This document shows, in pieces, positions 1-17,106 of a stretch of 64,000 nt of DNA; positions within the stretch are counted from its first letter, which is position 1; each line of letters begins with the position of its first letter. The stretch lies in assembly GCF_009914755.1 (NCBI RefSeq), contig NC_060947.1. One strand, given 5' to 3'. Under the pieces are notes generated by a model. That model ran no database searches, was not told the origin of the DNA, and saw only the letters and a program-made list of their open reading frames with translations. The position numbers and the translations under genes are program-made. The stretch is from the human T2T-CHM13v2.0 reference genome, Homo sapiens.

Positions 1-190
1 GGGAGGAAGGGAAGGAAGGAAGGAAAGGAAGGAAGGAAGGAAGGAAGGAAGGAAGGAAGGAAGGAAGGAAAACATGTCAATTTGAATGCGGACATATTTT
101 AAGAAAGGAAGGGAGGGAAGAAGAGTGGACAGGAGAGAGGGAGAGAGGAAGGGAGGAAGGGAGGAAGGAAGGAAGGAAAGGAAGGAAGGA
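1..190. repeat. (GGAA)n / purine-rich simple repeats (1-70 and ~100-190)
   Basis: Directly visible ggaa/ggga tandem units. Confidence 0.95.
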
Positions 191-227
191 AAACTTTCAA
201 TTTTCTTATTTGATAAACCAAACGATA

Positions 228-372
228 TTGAGAGGTAAGGATTGTTATCCACATTTCACAGATGGGGAAACTGAGGTTTGGAGAACTAGATAACCTGTAT
301 AAAATCACACAAGTATGCATCAAGGTCAGATAGGAATCAAATTCATTAAATGTAAAATCTATCCTTGTCTTT
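228..372 (-). mobile_element. MIR SINE fragment
   Basis: attgttatccacatttcacagatggggaaactgagg resembles the reverse complement of the MIR core. Confidence 0.7.
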
Positions 373-700
373 TTACATTGCTAAATTACAATACACAGGA
401 AAAGACTGAAAAAGAAAAAATAGCATGTCAGTAGTAAAATACATAAAACTGACTTTACAGTAAGAATTCAGAGAAGAGTGAACTGAATTCAAGCTGGACA
501 TTAATCAGTCCATGATTTTCTTGTGAAAAATATAGTTCCTATGGTGGGCCTTGTAGATTTTCTAAATAGAGAAAAAGGAAGAAAGAATAATGTATCTGAG
601 TCTGTTTCTTCAGGAATCCCTGTTCAACAGGGATTATGCCATTCACCCCACAGTACGATTGTAAGGATTGAAAGAGATAGCATATGTAAAACCATTTTGT

Positions 701-1415
701 AAACCACAATGAGATACCATCTCAAACCATTTAGAATGGCAATCATTAAAACGTCAGGAAACAGCAGGTGCTGGAGAGGATGTGGAGAAATAGGAATACT
801 TTTATACTGTTGGTGGGACTGTAAACTAGTTCAACCATTGTGGAAGACAGTGTGGTGATTCCTCAGGGACCTAGAACTAGAAATACCATTTGATCCAGCC
901 ATCCCATTACTGGGTATATACCCAAAGGATTATAAATCATGCTGCTATAAAGACACATACACACGTATGTTTATTGCAGCACTATTCACAACAGCAAAGA
1001 CTTGGAACCAAACCAAATGTCCATCAGTGATAGACTGGATTAAGAAAATGTGGCACATATACACCATGGAATACTATGCAGCCATAAAAAAGGATGAGTT
1101 CATGTCCTTTGTAGGGACATGGATGAAGCTGGAAACCATCATTCTCAGCAAACTATCGCAAGGACAGAAAACCAAACACTGAATGTTCTCACTCATAGGT
1201 GAGAATTGATCAATGAGGACACTTGGACACAGGAAGGGGAACATCACACACCGGGGCCTGTTGTGGGGTGGTGGGAGGGGGGAGGGATAGCATTAGGAGA
1301 TATACCTAATGTAAATGACGAGTTAATGAGTGCAGCACACCAACAACATGGCACATGCATACATATATAACAAACCTACGCGTTCTGCACATGTACCCTA
1401 GAACTTAAAGTATAG
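701..1415 (+). mobile_element. 5'-truncated L1PA (L1PA4-6-like) 3' end
   Basis: ORF2 C-terminus (MFIAALFT...KMWHIYTMEYYAAIK), 3'UTR G-tract, ends gaacttaaagtata. Confidence 0.93.
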
Positions 1416-1883
1416 TAATATATATATATATATATATACTATATATATAGTATATATATATAGTTTATATATATACTATATATATAGTATATATATATAG
1501 TTATATATATATACTATATATATAGTATATATATATAGTTATATATATATACTGTATATATAGTATATATATATACTATATATATATAGTATATATATAT
1601 AACTATATATACAGTATATATATAACTATATATACAGTATATATAACTATATATATACAGTATATATAACTATATATAGTATATATATAACTATATATAG
1701 GTTATATATAACTATATATAGTGTATATATAACTATATATACAGTGTATATATATAGTTATATATACACTATATATAGTATAGTAATATATATTATATAT
1801 AGTTATATATGTACTCTATAGTATAGTAATATATATTATATATATAGTATAGTAATATATACTATATATATATATATATATAT
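1416..1883. repeat. Long degenerate (TA)n tract at the L1 tail
   Basis: About 470 bp of TA units interrupted by ct/ag/gt. Confidence 0.97.
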
Positions 1884-2048
1884 GAAAAGAAAAACTACCT
1901 ATTGGTTGGGTGCTATGCTCACTACCTGGGTGACAGGATCAATCATACCGCAAGTCTCAGCATCATGTAACATACCCATGTAACAAACTTGCAAATATAC
2001 CTCCTGAATCCAAAATAAAAGTTGAAATTTTTAAAGTAAAAAAAAAAA
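1884..2048 (+). mobile_element. Older L1 (L1PA13-16/L1PB-like) 3' tail
   Basis: tgctatgctcactacctgggtgac...catgtaacaaacttgc...aaaataaaagttg followed by an A tract. Confidence 0.8.
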
Positions 2049-2233
2049 TTACTAAGCATTAATTGATTACGGATGGAGTAAGATGGCCAAATAGAAGGCT
2101 CCACCAAGCATCCCTCCCACAGGAACACCAAATGTAATAACTATCTAAACAAAAATAGCACATTCATAAGAAGAAAAAATCAGGTGAGCACTCATAGTAT
2201 TTGGTTTTAACTTTATATCACTGAAATAGGCAC

Positions 2234-2607
2234 TGTATTAGTCCACTCTCGCACTGCTATAAAGAACTGCCCGATACTGGGTAATTTAGAAAGGAAAGAA
2301 GTTTAATTGACTTAGGTTCTGCAGGGCTCGGGAGGTCACAGGAAACTTACAATCACGGTGGAACGGGAAGCAATCATGTCCTTCTTCACATGGCAGCAGC
2401 AAGGAGACGTGTCCAGCAAAGGGGGAAAAGCCCCTTATAAAACCATCAGATCTTGTGAGAACTCACTCACTATCATGAGAAAAGCATGAGGGTAACTGCC
2501 CCCCATGATCCAATTACCTCCCATCAGGTCCTTCCCATGACACATGGGGAGTATGGGAACTACAATTCAAGATGAGATTTGAGAGGAGACACAGCCAAAC
2601 CATATCA
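2234..2607 (-). mobile_element. THE1-type (MaLR) solo LTR
   Basis: tgtattagtcc...acagccaaaccatatca termini; 5-bp TSD ggcac at 2229-2233 and 2608-2612. Confidence 0.95.
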
Positions 2608-5409
2608 GGCACTGAAGTGGGTAAGAAAGTCTTGAATCTCTAATATCACTCCTTCTCCACTATCCTCTAGCAGTAGATGTGTGGTGTGAGAAAATAATCT
2701 GTGTTCTTGGGAAAGGGAGGGTACAGCGGTTGTGAAACCTTGCGTTGAACTCAATTTTCACAGTGAGATTTGAGTTTTGCTGCCCTGTCACAGCATAAAG
2801 CAAAACAGGACTGAACTCAGCTGATGCCCGCCAATGGAGGAGGCATTTAGACCAGCCCCAGCCAGAGGGGAATTATCCATCCCAGCAGTTGGAATTTGAG
2901 TTCACTGCAAACTAAAGTGTTTTGGGGTTCTAAATAAATTTTAAAGGCAGTGTAGGACACAAGGACCACAACTCCTAGCTGAGTCCTAGTGCTATGCTAA
3001 GCAAAGAGCCAGTACACATTGGGGGAATGTGACCTGCTGAGACACCAGCCATAGTGGCTAAGGGAGCACATGCCACATCGCGCCCAACCCTTGACAGCAC
3101 AGCTCATGGCTGCGAAAGAGACACCTTTCTTCCACTTGTGGAAATGAGAGGGAAGAGTAAAGAGGACTTTGTCTTGCACCTTGAATACCAGCTCAGCCAC
3201 AGTACGGTGGAGCACTGATCAAAGTTTTGAGTCCCCCATTGTAGGCCTTAGTTCCTGGATGACATTTCTAGATACATCCTGAGCCAGAAGGGAACCCACC
3301 ACCTTGAAGGAAACGACCCAATCCAGGCAGGACCCATCACCTGCTGCCTAAAGATATATTGGCCCCTGAATAACCCACAGCAATGCCCAGGTAGTACACC
3401 ATAGGCCTTGGGTGAGACTGGGACATGCTGGCTTCAGGTGAGATCCAGCATATTTTCAGCTGTGATAGCTACAGTGAGAGACTCCTCCTACTTGAGAAAA
3501 GCAGAGGAAAAAGTAAAGGGGACTTTGTCTTGCACCTTAGGTACCAGCTTGGCCACAGGAGGGTAGAGTACCAAGTGGGCTCTTGGGGTCTCTGATTCCA
3601 GACCATGGCTCTTAGACAGCATTTCTGGACGTGCCTTGGGCCAAAATGGAGCCCACTGCCCTAAAGGGTGAGTCTCAAGCCTGGCAACATTCACCACATG
3701 CTAAAGATCCATTGGGCATTAAGTGAACATCAGTGGTAGCTTGAAAATACTTCCAGTGGGCCTGTGGTGGTGGTGGTAATGGGCTGAGGCTCTGCTTCCT
3801 GTGGAGAGGATAGGGAAAGCATCTCATTGAGCACCAACTCAGCCATAGTACAATAGCACAGGTAGATTTCTAAGGTTTTTGACTCTAGTCTTTGGTGGCT
3901 GGACAGTATTTCTGGACTGCCCTGGTACTGGAGAAACTTGCTGCCCTGAAGGGAGAGATGCAATGCAGGCTGGCTTTATGACCGGCAAATTGTAGTGCCC
4001 TCTGGCCTTGAGTGAAAATAGGTGGTAGCCAGAGAGTGGTTACAATGGGCCTTGGGTGAAACCGAGTGTTTTGCTGGCCTCAGGTCTGACCCAGCACATA
4101 TCCAGTGGTGGTACTCACTGGGCTGCTTAAGTCACACGACACCTAGCTCCAAGCAGCTCAGCAAAGAGAGATATTCTGTTTGTTTGGGAAAAGTAAGGAA
4201 AGAAAACAAGCGTTTCTGCCTTAATACATAGAATTCTTCCAGATCTTATCCAAGGCCACCAAAGTGATACCTTTTTGAGTTTACAGAAACCACAGTATTA
4301 CTGGGCCTGGGTTGCCCTCTAATGCAGATACAGCTAACGTCACAACACTCAAGTCCTTTCAAATACCCAGAAAGCCTTCTCAAGATGGACTGAGTAAAAA
4401 CAAACCCAGATTGTGAAGACTACAATAAATATGTAACTTTTCAATGCCCAGACACCAAAGAACATCTGAAAGCATCAAGACCATATAGGAAAACATGACT
4501 CCACCAAACTAAATAAGGCACCAGGAGCCAGTCCAAGAGAAACAGAGATATGTGACCTTTCAGATAGATAAGATAGCTGTTTCGAGAAAACTGAGAAATT
4601 CAAGATATCACAGAGAAGGAATTCAAAGTTCTATCAGATAAATTTAATAAAAAGATTCAAATAATTAAAAAGAATCAAGTAGAAATCCTGGAACTGAAAA
4701 ATGCAATTGGCATACCGAAGAATGCACCAAAGTCTTTTAATAGAACTAATCAAGCAGAAGAACAAATTAGTGGACTTGAAGGTAGGCTATTTGAAAATAT
4801 ACAGTCCGAGGAGACAAAAAAAAAAGAATAAAAAACAATGAAGCACACTTAGAATATCTAGAAAACGGCCTCGTAAGAGCAAATTTAAGAGTTATTGGCC
4901 TTAAAGAGGAGGTAGAGAAAGAGATATGATTAGAGAGATTATTTAAAAGAATAATAACACAGAACTTACCAAACCTGGGGAAAAAAATCGATATCTAAGT
5001 ACAAGAAGGTTACAGAACCCCAAGTAGATTTAACCCAAAGAAGCCTACCCCAAGGCACTTAATAATCAAACTTCCAAAGGTCAAGAGTAAAGAAAGGATC
5101 CTAAAAGCAACAAGACAAAAGAAACAAATAATATACAGTAGCGCCACAATACACCTGGCAGCAGACTTTTCAGTGGACACCTTGCAAGCAACAAAAGAGT
5201 GACATGACATACGTAAAGAGCTTTGGGGGAAAAAAAGAAATGGTTAACCAAAAAAAAATTCTTCAAACATAATGAAGAAATAAAGATTTTCCCAGACAAA
5301 CAAAAGCTGAGGAATTTTACCAACACCACACTTACCCTACATCAAATGCTAAAGGAAGTACTTCAATCAGAAAGAAAGTACGTTAGTGAGCAATAAGAAA
5401 TCATCTGGA

Positions 5410-5800
<391 letters not shown>

Positions 5801-7091
5801 TTAAATAGAAAGACTTAAAGATGAACCAATCAAAAAGAACTACAACTTTTCAAGTCAAAGACACTACAGTGAGATATAAATAGAAATTGAAAGATTAAAA
5901 AGACGAGATTAATTTAAGGTGTAGAGTGTTTTTTAGTTTACTTTATTCTTGTTTGTTTAGATAAAGAGTGTTAAGACTTTATCACTCTGAAAATAATGGG
6001 TTATAAGATAGTATTTGCAAGCCTCATGGTAACCTCAAATCAAAAAAATAAACAACAGATACAAAAAAAAATTAAGAAATTAAAGCATACCACCAGACAA
6101 AATTACCTTCACTAAAAGGAAGACGAGAAGGAAGGAAAGAAAAAAGACTACAAAACAACCAGGAAACACATCACAAAATGGCAGGAGTGGGGGAGGAGCC
6201 AAGATGGCCGAATAGGAACAGCTCCAGTCTACAGCTCCCAGTGTGAGTGACTCAGAAGGGTGATTTCTGCATCTCCATCTGAGGTACCAGGTTCATCTCA
6301 CTAGGGAGTGCCAGACAGTGGGCACAGGTCAGTTGGTGCATGCACCGTGTGCCTGCCAAAGCAGGGTGAGGCATTGCCTCACTCGGGAAGTGCAAGGGGT
6401 CAGGGAGTTCCCTTTCCTAGTCAAAGAAAGTGGTGACAGACGGCACCTGGAAAATCGGGTCACTCCCACCCTAATACTGCGCTTTTCCGATGGGCATAAA
6501 AAATGGCGCACCAGGAGATTATATCCCCCACATGGTTCAGAGGGTCCTATGCCCACGGAGTCTCATTGATTGCTAGCACAGCAGTCTGCGATCAAACTGC
6601 AAGGCAGCAGCGAGGCTAGGGGAGGGGTGCCCGCAATTGCCCAGGCTTGCTTAGGTAAACAAAGCAGCCGGGAAGCTCGAACTGGGTGGAGCCTGCCACA
6701 GCTCAAGGAGGCCTGCCTGCCTCTGTAGGCTCCACCTCTGGGGGAGGGCACAGACAAACAAAAAGACAACAGTAACCTCCGCAGACTTAAATGTCCCTGT
6801 CTGACAGCTTTGAAGAGAGCAGTGGTTCTCCCAGCACGCAGCTGGAGATTCGAGAAAGGGCAGACTGCCTCCTCAAGTGAGTCCCTGACCTCTGACCCCC
6901 ATGCAGCCTAACTGGGAGACACCCCCCAGCAAGGGCAGACGGACACCTCACACGGCCGGGTACTCCAACAGACCTGCAGCTGAGGGTCCTCTCTGTTAGA
7001 AGGAAAACTAACAAACAGAAAGGACATCCACACCAAAAACCCATCTGTACATCACCATCATCTAAGACCAAAAGTAGATAAAACCACAAAG

Positions 7092-8108
7092 ATAGGGAAA
7101 AAACAGAGCAGAAAAACTGGAAACTCTAAAAAGCAGAGCGCCTCTCCTCCTCCAAAGGAACGCAGTTCCTCACCAGCAACGGAACAAAGCTGGACAGAGA
7201 ATGACTTTGAAGAGCTGAGAGAAGAAGGCTTCAGATGATCAAATTAATCCAAGCTACGGGAGGACATTCAAACCAAACGCAAAGAAGTTGAAAACTTTGA
7301 AAAAAATTTAGACGAATGTATAACTAGAATAACCAATACAGCGAAGTGCTTAAAGGAGCTGATGGAGCTGAAAAACAAGGCTCAAGAACTACGTGAAGAA
7401 TGCAGAAGCCTCAGGAGCCGATGTGATCAACTGGAAGAAAGGGTGTCAACGATGGAAGATGAAATGAATGAAATGAAGTGAGAAGGGAAATTTAGAGAAA
7501 AAAGAATAAAAAGAAATGAGCAAAGCCTCCAAGAAATATGGGACTATGTGAAAAGACCAAATCTACGTCTGATTGGTGTACCTGAAAGTCACGGGGAGAA
7601 TGGAACCAAGTTGGAAAACACTCTGCAGGATATTATCCAAGAGAAATTCCCCAATCTAGCAAGGCAGGCCAACATTCAGATTCAGGAAATACAAAGAACG
7701 CCACAAAGATACTCCTTGAGAAGAGCAACACCAACAAACATAATTGTCAGATTCACCAAAGTTGAAGTGAAGGAAAAAATGTTAAGGGCAGCCAGAGAGA
7801 AAGGTAGGGTTATCCTCAAAGGGAAGCCCATCAGACTAACAGCAGATCTCTCAGCAGAAACTCTATAAGCCAGAAGAGAGTGGGGGCCAATATTCAACAT
7901 TCTTAAAGAAAAGAATTTTCAACCGAGAATTTCATATCCAGCCAAACTAAGCTTCATAAGTGAAGGAGAAATAAAATACTTTACAGACAAGCAAATGCTG
8001 AGATATGTTCTCACCACCAGGCCCGCCCTAAAAGAGCTCCTGAAGGAAGCGCTAAACATGGAAAGGAACAACCGGTACCAGCCACTGCAAAATCATGCCA
8101 AAATGTAA
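7092..8108 (+). pseudogene. L1 ORF1p remnant (ATG mutated to ATA, several stops)
   Basis: ORF-track fragment KRPNLRLIGVPE...AAREKG; aagataggg where the start codon is expected. Confidence 0.92.
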
Positions 8109-8171
8109 AGACCATCAAGACTAAGAAGAAACTGCATCAACTAAGGAGAAAAATAACCAGGTAACATCATA

Positions 8172-11906
<3,735 letters not shown>

Positions 11907-13097
11907 ACAATAAGAACACATGGACACAGGAAGGAGAACATCACACTCCGGGGACTGTTGTGGGGTGTGGGGAGGGATAGCATTGGGAGATATACCTAAT
12001 GCTAGATGACGAGTTAGTGGGTGCAGTGCACCAGCATGGCACATGTATACATATGTAACTAATCTGCATATTGTGCACATGTACCCTAAAACATAAAGTA
12101 TAATAATAATAAATAAATTTTTTTTAAAAAGGAAAAAAAAGTTGGTATTCCTTAAAAGTTAACCTTTTATGGTTAATAAACTATTGCTATAGTTTAAAAA
12201 AAATGGCAGGAGTAATTCTTTGCTTATCATTGAATGTTACTAATTATTCAGTATTACCAATAACATCAAATGTAAATGGACTAAATTCTACAATCAAAAG
12301 ACATAGAGTGGCTGAATTGATTTTAAAAAGACCCAATGATATGTTGTCTATGAGAAACAGACTTCCCTTGTAAAGACACAGACAGACTGAAGATACAGGG
12401 ATGGAAAAAGATATTCTATGATATTTGAAACAAAGAAAGAACAGGAGTTGGAACATATGGCTAGCCAGTTTTCCCAGCACCATTTGTTAAATAGGGAATC
12501 CTTTCCCCATTTCTTGTGTTTGTCAGGTTTGTTAAAGATCAGATGGTTGTAGATGTGTGGTATCATATCTGAGGGCTCTGATCTGTTCCTTTTGTCTACA
12601 TCTCTGTTTTGGTACCAGTACCATGCTGTTTTGGTTACTGTAGCCTTGTAGTATAGTTTGAAGTCAGGTAGCATGATGTCGCCAGCTTTGTTCTTTTGGA
12701 TTAGGATTGTCTTGGCAATGCAGGCTCTTTTTCGGTTCTGTGTGAACTTTAAAGTAGTTTTTTCCAATTCTGTGAAGAAAGTCATTGGTAGCACGATGGG
12801 GATGGCATTGAATCTATAAATTACCTTGGGCAGTATGGCCATTTTCACGATTTTGATTCTTTCTATCCATGAGCATGGAATGTTCTTCCATTTGTTTGTG
12901 TCCTCTTTTATTTCTTTGAGCAGTGGTTTGTAGTTCTCCTTGAAGAGGTCCTTCACATCCCTTGTAACTTGGATTCCTAGGTATTTTATTCTCTTTGAAG
13001 CCATTGTGAATGGGAGTTCACTCATGATTTGGCTGTCTGTTTGTCTGTTATTGGTGTATAGGAATACTTGTGATTTTTGCACATTGATTTTGTATTA

Positions 13098-13319
<222 letters not shown>

Positions 13320-15336
13320 TCAAAGGGAATGCTTCCAGTTTTTGCCTATTCAGTATGACATTGGCTGTCGGTTTGTCATAAATAGCTCTTATTATTTTGA
13401 GCTATGTCCCATCAATACCTAATTTATTGAGAGTTTTTAGCATGAAGGGCTGCTGACTTTTGGCAAAGGCCTTTTCTGCATTTATTGAGATAATCATGTG
13501 GTTTTTGTCTTTGGTTCTGTTGATATGCTGGATTACATTTATTGATTTGCGTATGTTGAACCAGTCTTGCATCCCAGGGATGAAGCCCACTTGATCATGG
13601 TGGATAAGCTTTTTGATGTGCTGCTGAATTCGGTTTACCAGTATTTTATTGAAGATTTGTGCATTGATATTCATCAGGGGTATTGGTCTAAAATTCTCTT
13701 TTTTTGTTGTGTCTCTGCCAGACTTTGGTAATCAGGATGTTGCTGGCCTCATAAAATGAATTAGGGAGGATTCCCTCTTTTTCTATTGATTGGAATAGTT
13801 TCAGGAGGAATGGTACCAGCTCCTCTTTGTACCTCTGGAAGAATTTGGCTGTGAATCTGTCTGTTCCTGGACTTTTTTTGGTTGGTAGGCTATTAATTAT
13901 TGCCTCATTTTCAGATCCTGTTATTGGTCTATTCAGGGATTCAACTTCTTCCTGGTTTAGTCTTGGCAGGGTGTATGTGTCCAGTAATTTATTCATTTCT
14001 TCTGGATTTTCTAGTTTGTTTGCGTAGAGGTGTTTATAGTATTCTCTGATGGTAGTTTGTATTTCTGTGGTATCAGTGGTGATATCCCCTTTATCATTTT
14101 TTATTGCATCTATTTGATTCTTCTCTCTTTTCTTCTTTTTTAGTCTTGCTAGCAGTCTATCAATTTTGTTGATCTTTTCAAAAACCAGCCCCTGGTTTCA
14201 TTGATTTTTTGAAGGGTTTTTTGTGTCTCTATTTCCTTCAGTTCTGCTCTGACTGTAGTTATTTCTTGCCTTCTGCTACCTTTTGAACGTGTTTGCTCTT
14301 GCTTCTCTAGTTCTTTTAATTGTGATTTTAGGGTGTCAATTTTGGATCTTTCCCGCTTTCTCTTGTGGGCATTTAGTGCTATAAATTTCCCTCTACACAC
14401 TGCTTTGAATGTGTCCCAGAGATTCTGGTATGTTGTGTCTTTGTTCTCGTTGGTTTCAAACAACGTCTTTATTTCTGCCTTCATTTTGTTATGTACCCAG
14501 TAGTCATTCAGGAGCAGATTGTTCAGTTTCCATGTAGTTGAGCGATTTTGAGTGAGTTTCTTAATCCTGAGTTCTAGTTTGATTGCACTGTGGTCTGAGA
14601 GACAGTTTGTCATAATTTCTGTTCTTTTACATGTGCTGAGGAGTGCTTTACTTCCAACTATGTGGTCAATTTTGGAATAAGTGCAGTGTGGTGCTGAGAA
14701 GAATGTATATTCTGTTGATTTGGGGTGGAGAGTTCTGTAGATGTCTATTAGGTCCGCTTGGTGCAGAGCTGAGTCCAATTCCTGGATATCCCTGTTAACT
14801 TTCTGTCTTGTTGATCTAATGTTGACAGTGGGGTGTTAAAGTCTCCCATTATTATTGTGTGGGAGTCTAAGTCTGTTTCTAGGTATCTAAGGACTGTCTT
14901 TATGAATCTGGGTGCTCCTGTGTTGGGTGCATACATATTTAGGATAGTTAGATTTTCTTGTGGAACTGATCCCTTTACCATTATTTAATGGCCTCTTTGT
15001 CTCTTTTGATCTTTGTTGGTTGAAGTCTGTTTTATCAGAGACTAGGATTGTAACCCCTGCCTTTTTCTGTTTTCCATTTGCTTGGTAGATCTTCCTCCAT
15101 CCCTTTATTTTGAGCCTATGTGTGTCTGTGCATGTGAGATGGGTTTCCTGAATACAGCACACTGACTGGTCTTGACTCTTTATCCAATTTGGCAGTCTGT
15201 GTCTTTTATTTGGAGCATTTAGTCCATTTACATTTATGGTTAATATTGTTATGTGTGAATTTGATCCTGTCATTATGATGTTAGCTGGTTATTTTGCTCC
15301 TTAGTTGATGCAGTTTCTTCCTAGCCTGGATGGTCT

Positions 15337-16354
15337 TTACAATTTGGCATGTTTTTGCAGTGGCTGGTACTGGTTGTTCCTTTTCATGTTTATTGCTTCC
15401 TTCAGGAGCTCCTGTAAGGCAGGCCTGGTGGTGACAAAATCTCTCAGCATTTGCTTGTCTGTAAAGGATTTTATTTCTCCTTCACTTATGAAGCTTAGTT
15501 TGGCTGGATATGAAATTCTGGGTTGAAAATTCTTTTCTATAAGGATGTTGAATATTGGCCCCCACTCTCTTCTGGCTTGTAGAGTTTCTGCCGAGATATC
15601 TGCTGTTAGTCTGATGGGCTTCCCTTTTTGGGTAACCTGACCTTTCTCTCTGGCTGCCCTTGCCATTTTTTCCTTCATTTCAACTTTGGTGAATCTGACA
15701 ATTATGTGTCTTGGAGTTGCTCTTCTCGAGGAGTATCTTTGTGGCATTCTCTGTATTTCCTGAATTTGAATGTTGGCCTGCCTTGCTAGATTGGGGAACT
15801 TCTCCTGGATAATATCCTGCAGAGTGTTTTCCAACTTGGTTCCATTCTCCCCGTGACTTTCAGGTACACGAATCAGACATAGATTTGGTCTTTTCACATA
15901 GTCCCATATTTCTTGGAGGCTTTGTTCTTTTTTGTTTATCCTTTTTTCTCTAAACTTCTCTTCTTGCTTCATTTCATTCATTTGATCTCCCATCACTGAT
16001 ACTTTTTCTTCCAGTTGATCAAATCGGCTACTGAGGCTTGTGCATTCATCACGTAGTTCTCGTGCCTTGGTATTCAGCTCCATCATGTCCTTTAAGGACT
16101 TCTCTGCATTGGTTATTCTAGTTCGCCATTTGTCTAATTTTTTTTTCAAAGTTTTTAACTTCTTTGCCATGGGTTTGAACTTCCTCCTTTAGCTCAGAGT
16201 AGTTTGATTGTCTTAAGCCTTCTTCTCTCAACTCGTCAAAGTCATTCTCCATCCGGGTTTGTTCCATTGCTGGTGAGGAGCTGCATTCCTTTGGAGGAGG
16301 AGAGGTGCTCTGATTTTTAGAGTTTCCAGTTTTTCTGCTCTGTTTTTTCCCCAT
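15337..16354 (-). pseudogene. L1 ORF1p, open except for one frameshift in an A-run
   Basis: ORFs 16118-16561 (MGKKQSRK...) and 15337-16170 (...YPAKLS...KHAKL) overlap at the T9 run 16138-16146; span 1018 nt. Confidence 0.9.
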
Positions 16355-16923
16355 CTTTGTGGTTTTATCTACCTTTAGTCTTTGATGATGGTGACATACA
16401 GATGGGGTTTTGGTGTGGATGTCCTTTCTGTTAGTTTTCCTTCTAACAGACAGGACCCTCAGCTGCAGGTCTGTTGCAGTTTGGCAGAGGTCCACTCCAG
16501 ATCCTGTTTCCTGGGTATCAGCAGTGGAGGCTGCAGAACAGCGGATATTGGTGAGCAGCAAATATTGCTGCCTGATCGTTCCTCTGGAAGTTTTGTCTCA
16601 GAGGAGTAAGCGGCTGGGTGAGGTGTCAGTCTTCCCCTACTGGGGTGTGCCTCCCAGTTAGGCTACTTGGGGTTCAGGGACCAATTTGAGGAGGCAGTCT
16701 GTCCGTTCTCGGATCTCCAGCTGTGTACTGGAGAACCACTATTCTCTTCAAAGCTGTCAGACAGGGACATTTAAGTCTGCAGAGGATTCTGCTGCCTTTT
16801 GTTTGGCTATGCCCTGCCCCCAGAGGTGGAGTCTACAGAGTCAGGCAGGCCTTCTTGAGCTGTGGTGGGCTCCACCCAGTTCGCGCTTCCCAGCTGCTTT
16901 GTTTACCTACTCAAGCCTCGGCA

Positions 16924-17106
16924 ATGGCAGGCACCCGTCCCCCAGCCTCGCTGCCACCTTGCAGTTTAATCTCAGACTGCTGTGCTAGCAGTGAGCGGGG
17001 CTCCATGGGCGTAGGACTCTCCAAGCCAGGCACGGGATATAATCTCCTGGTGTACCATTTGCTAAGACCATTGGAAAAGCACAGTATTAGGGTGGGAGTG
17101 ACCTAA
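16924..17106 (+). CDS. L1 antisense ORF0 homologue, 60 aa, C-terminally shortened
   Basis: MAGTRPPASLPPCSLISDCCASS...IRVGVT resembles L1 ORF0 (MAGAPPPASLPPCSLISDCCAS...); expression unknown. Confidence 0.55.
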   Translation: MAGTRPPASLPPCSLISDCCASSERGSMGVGLSKPGTGYNLLVYHLLRPLEKHSIRVGVT

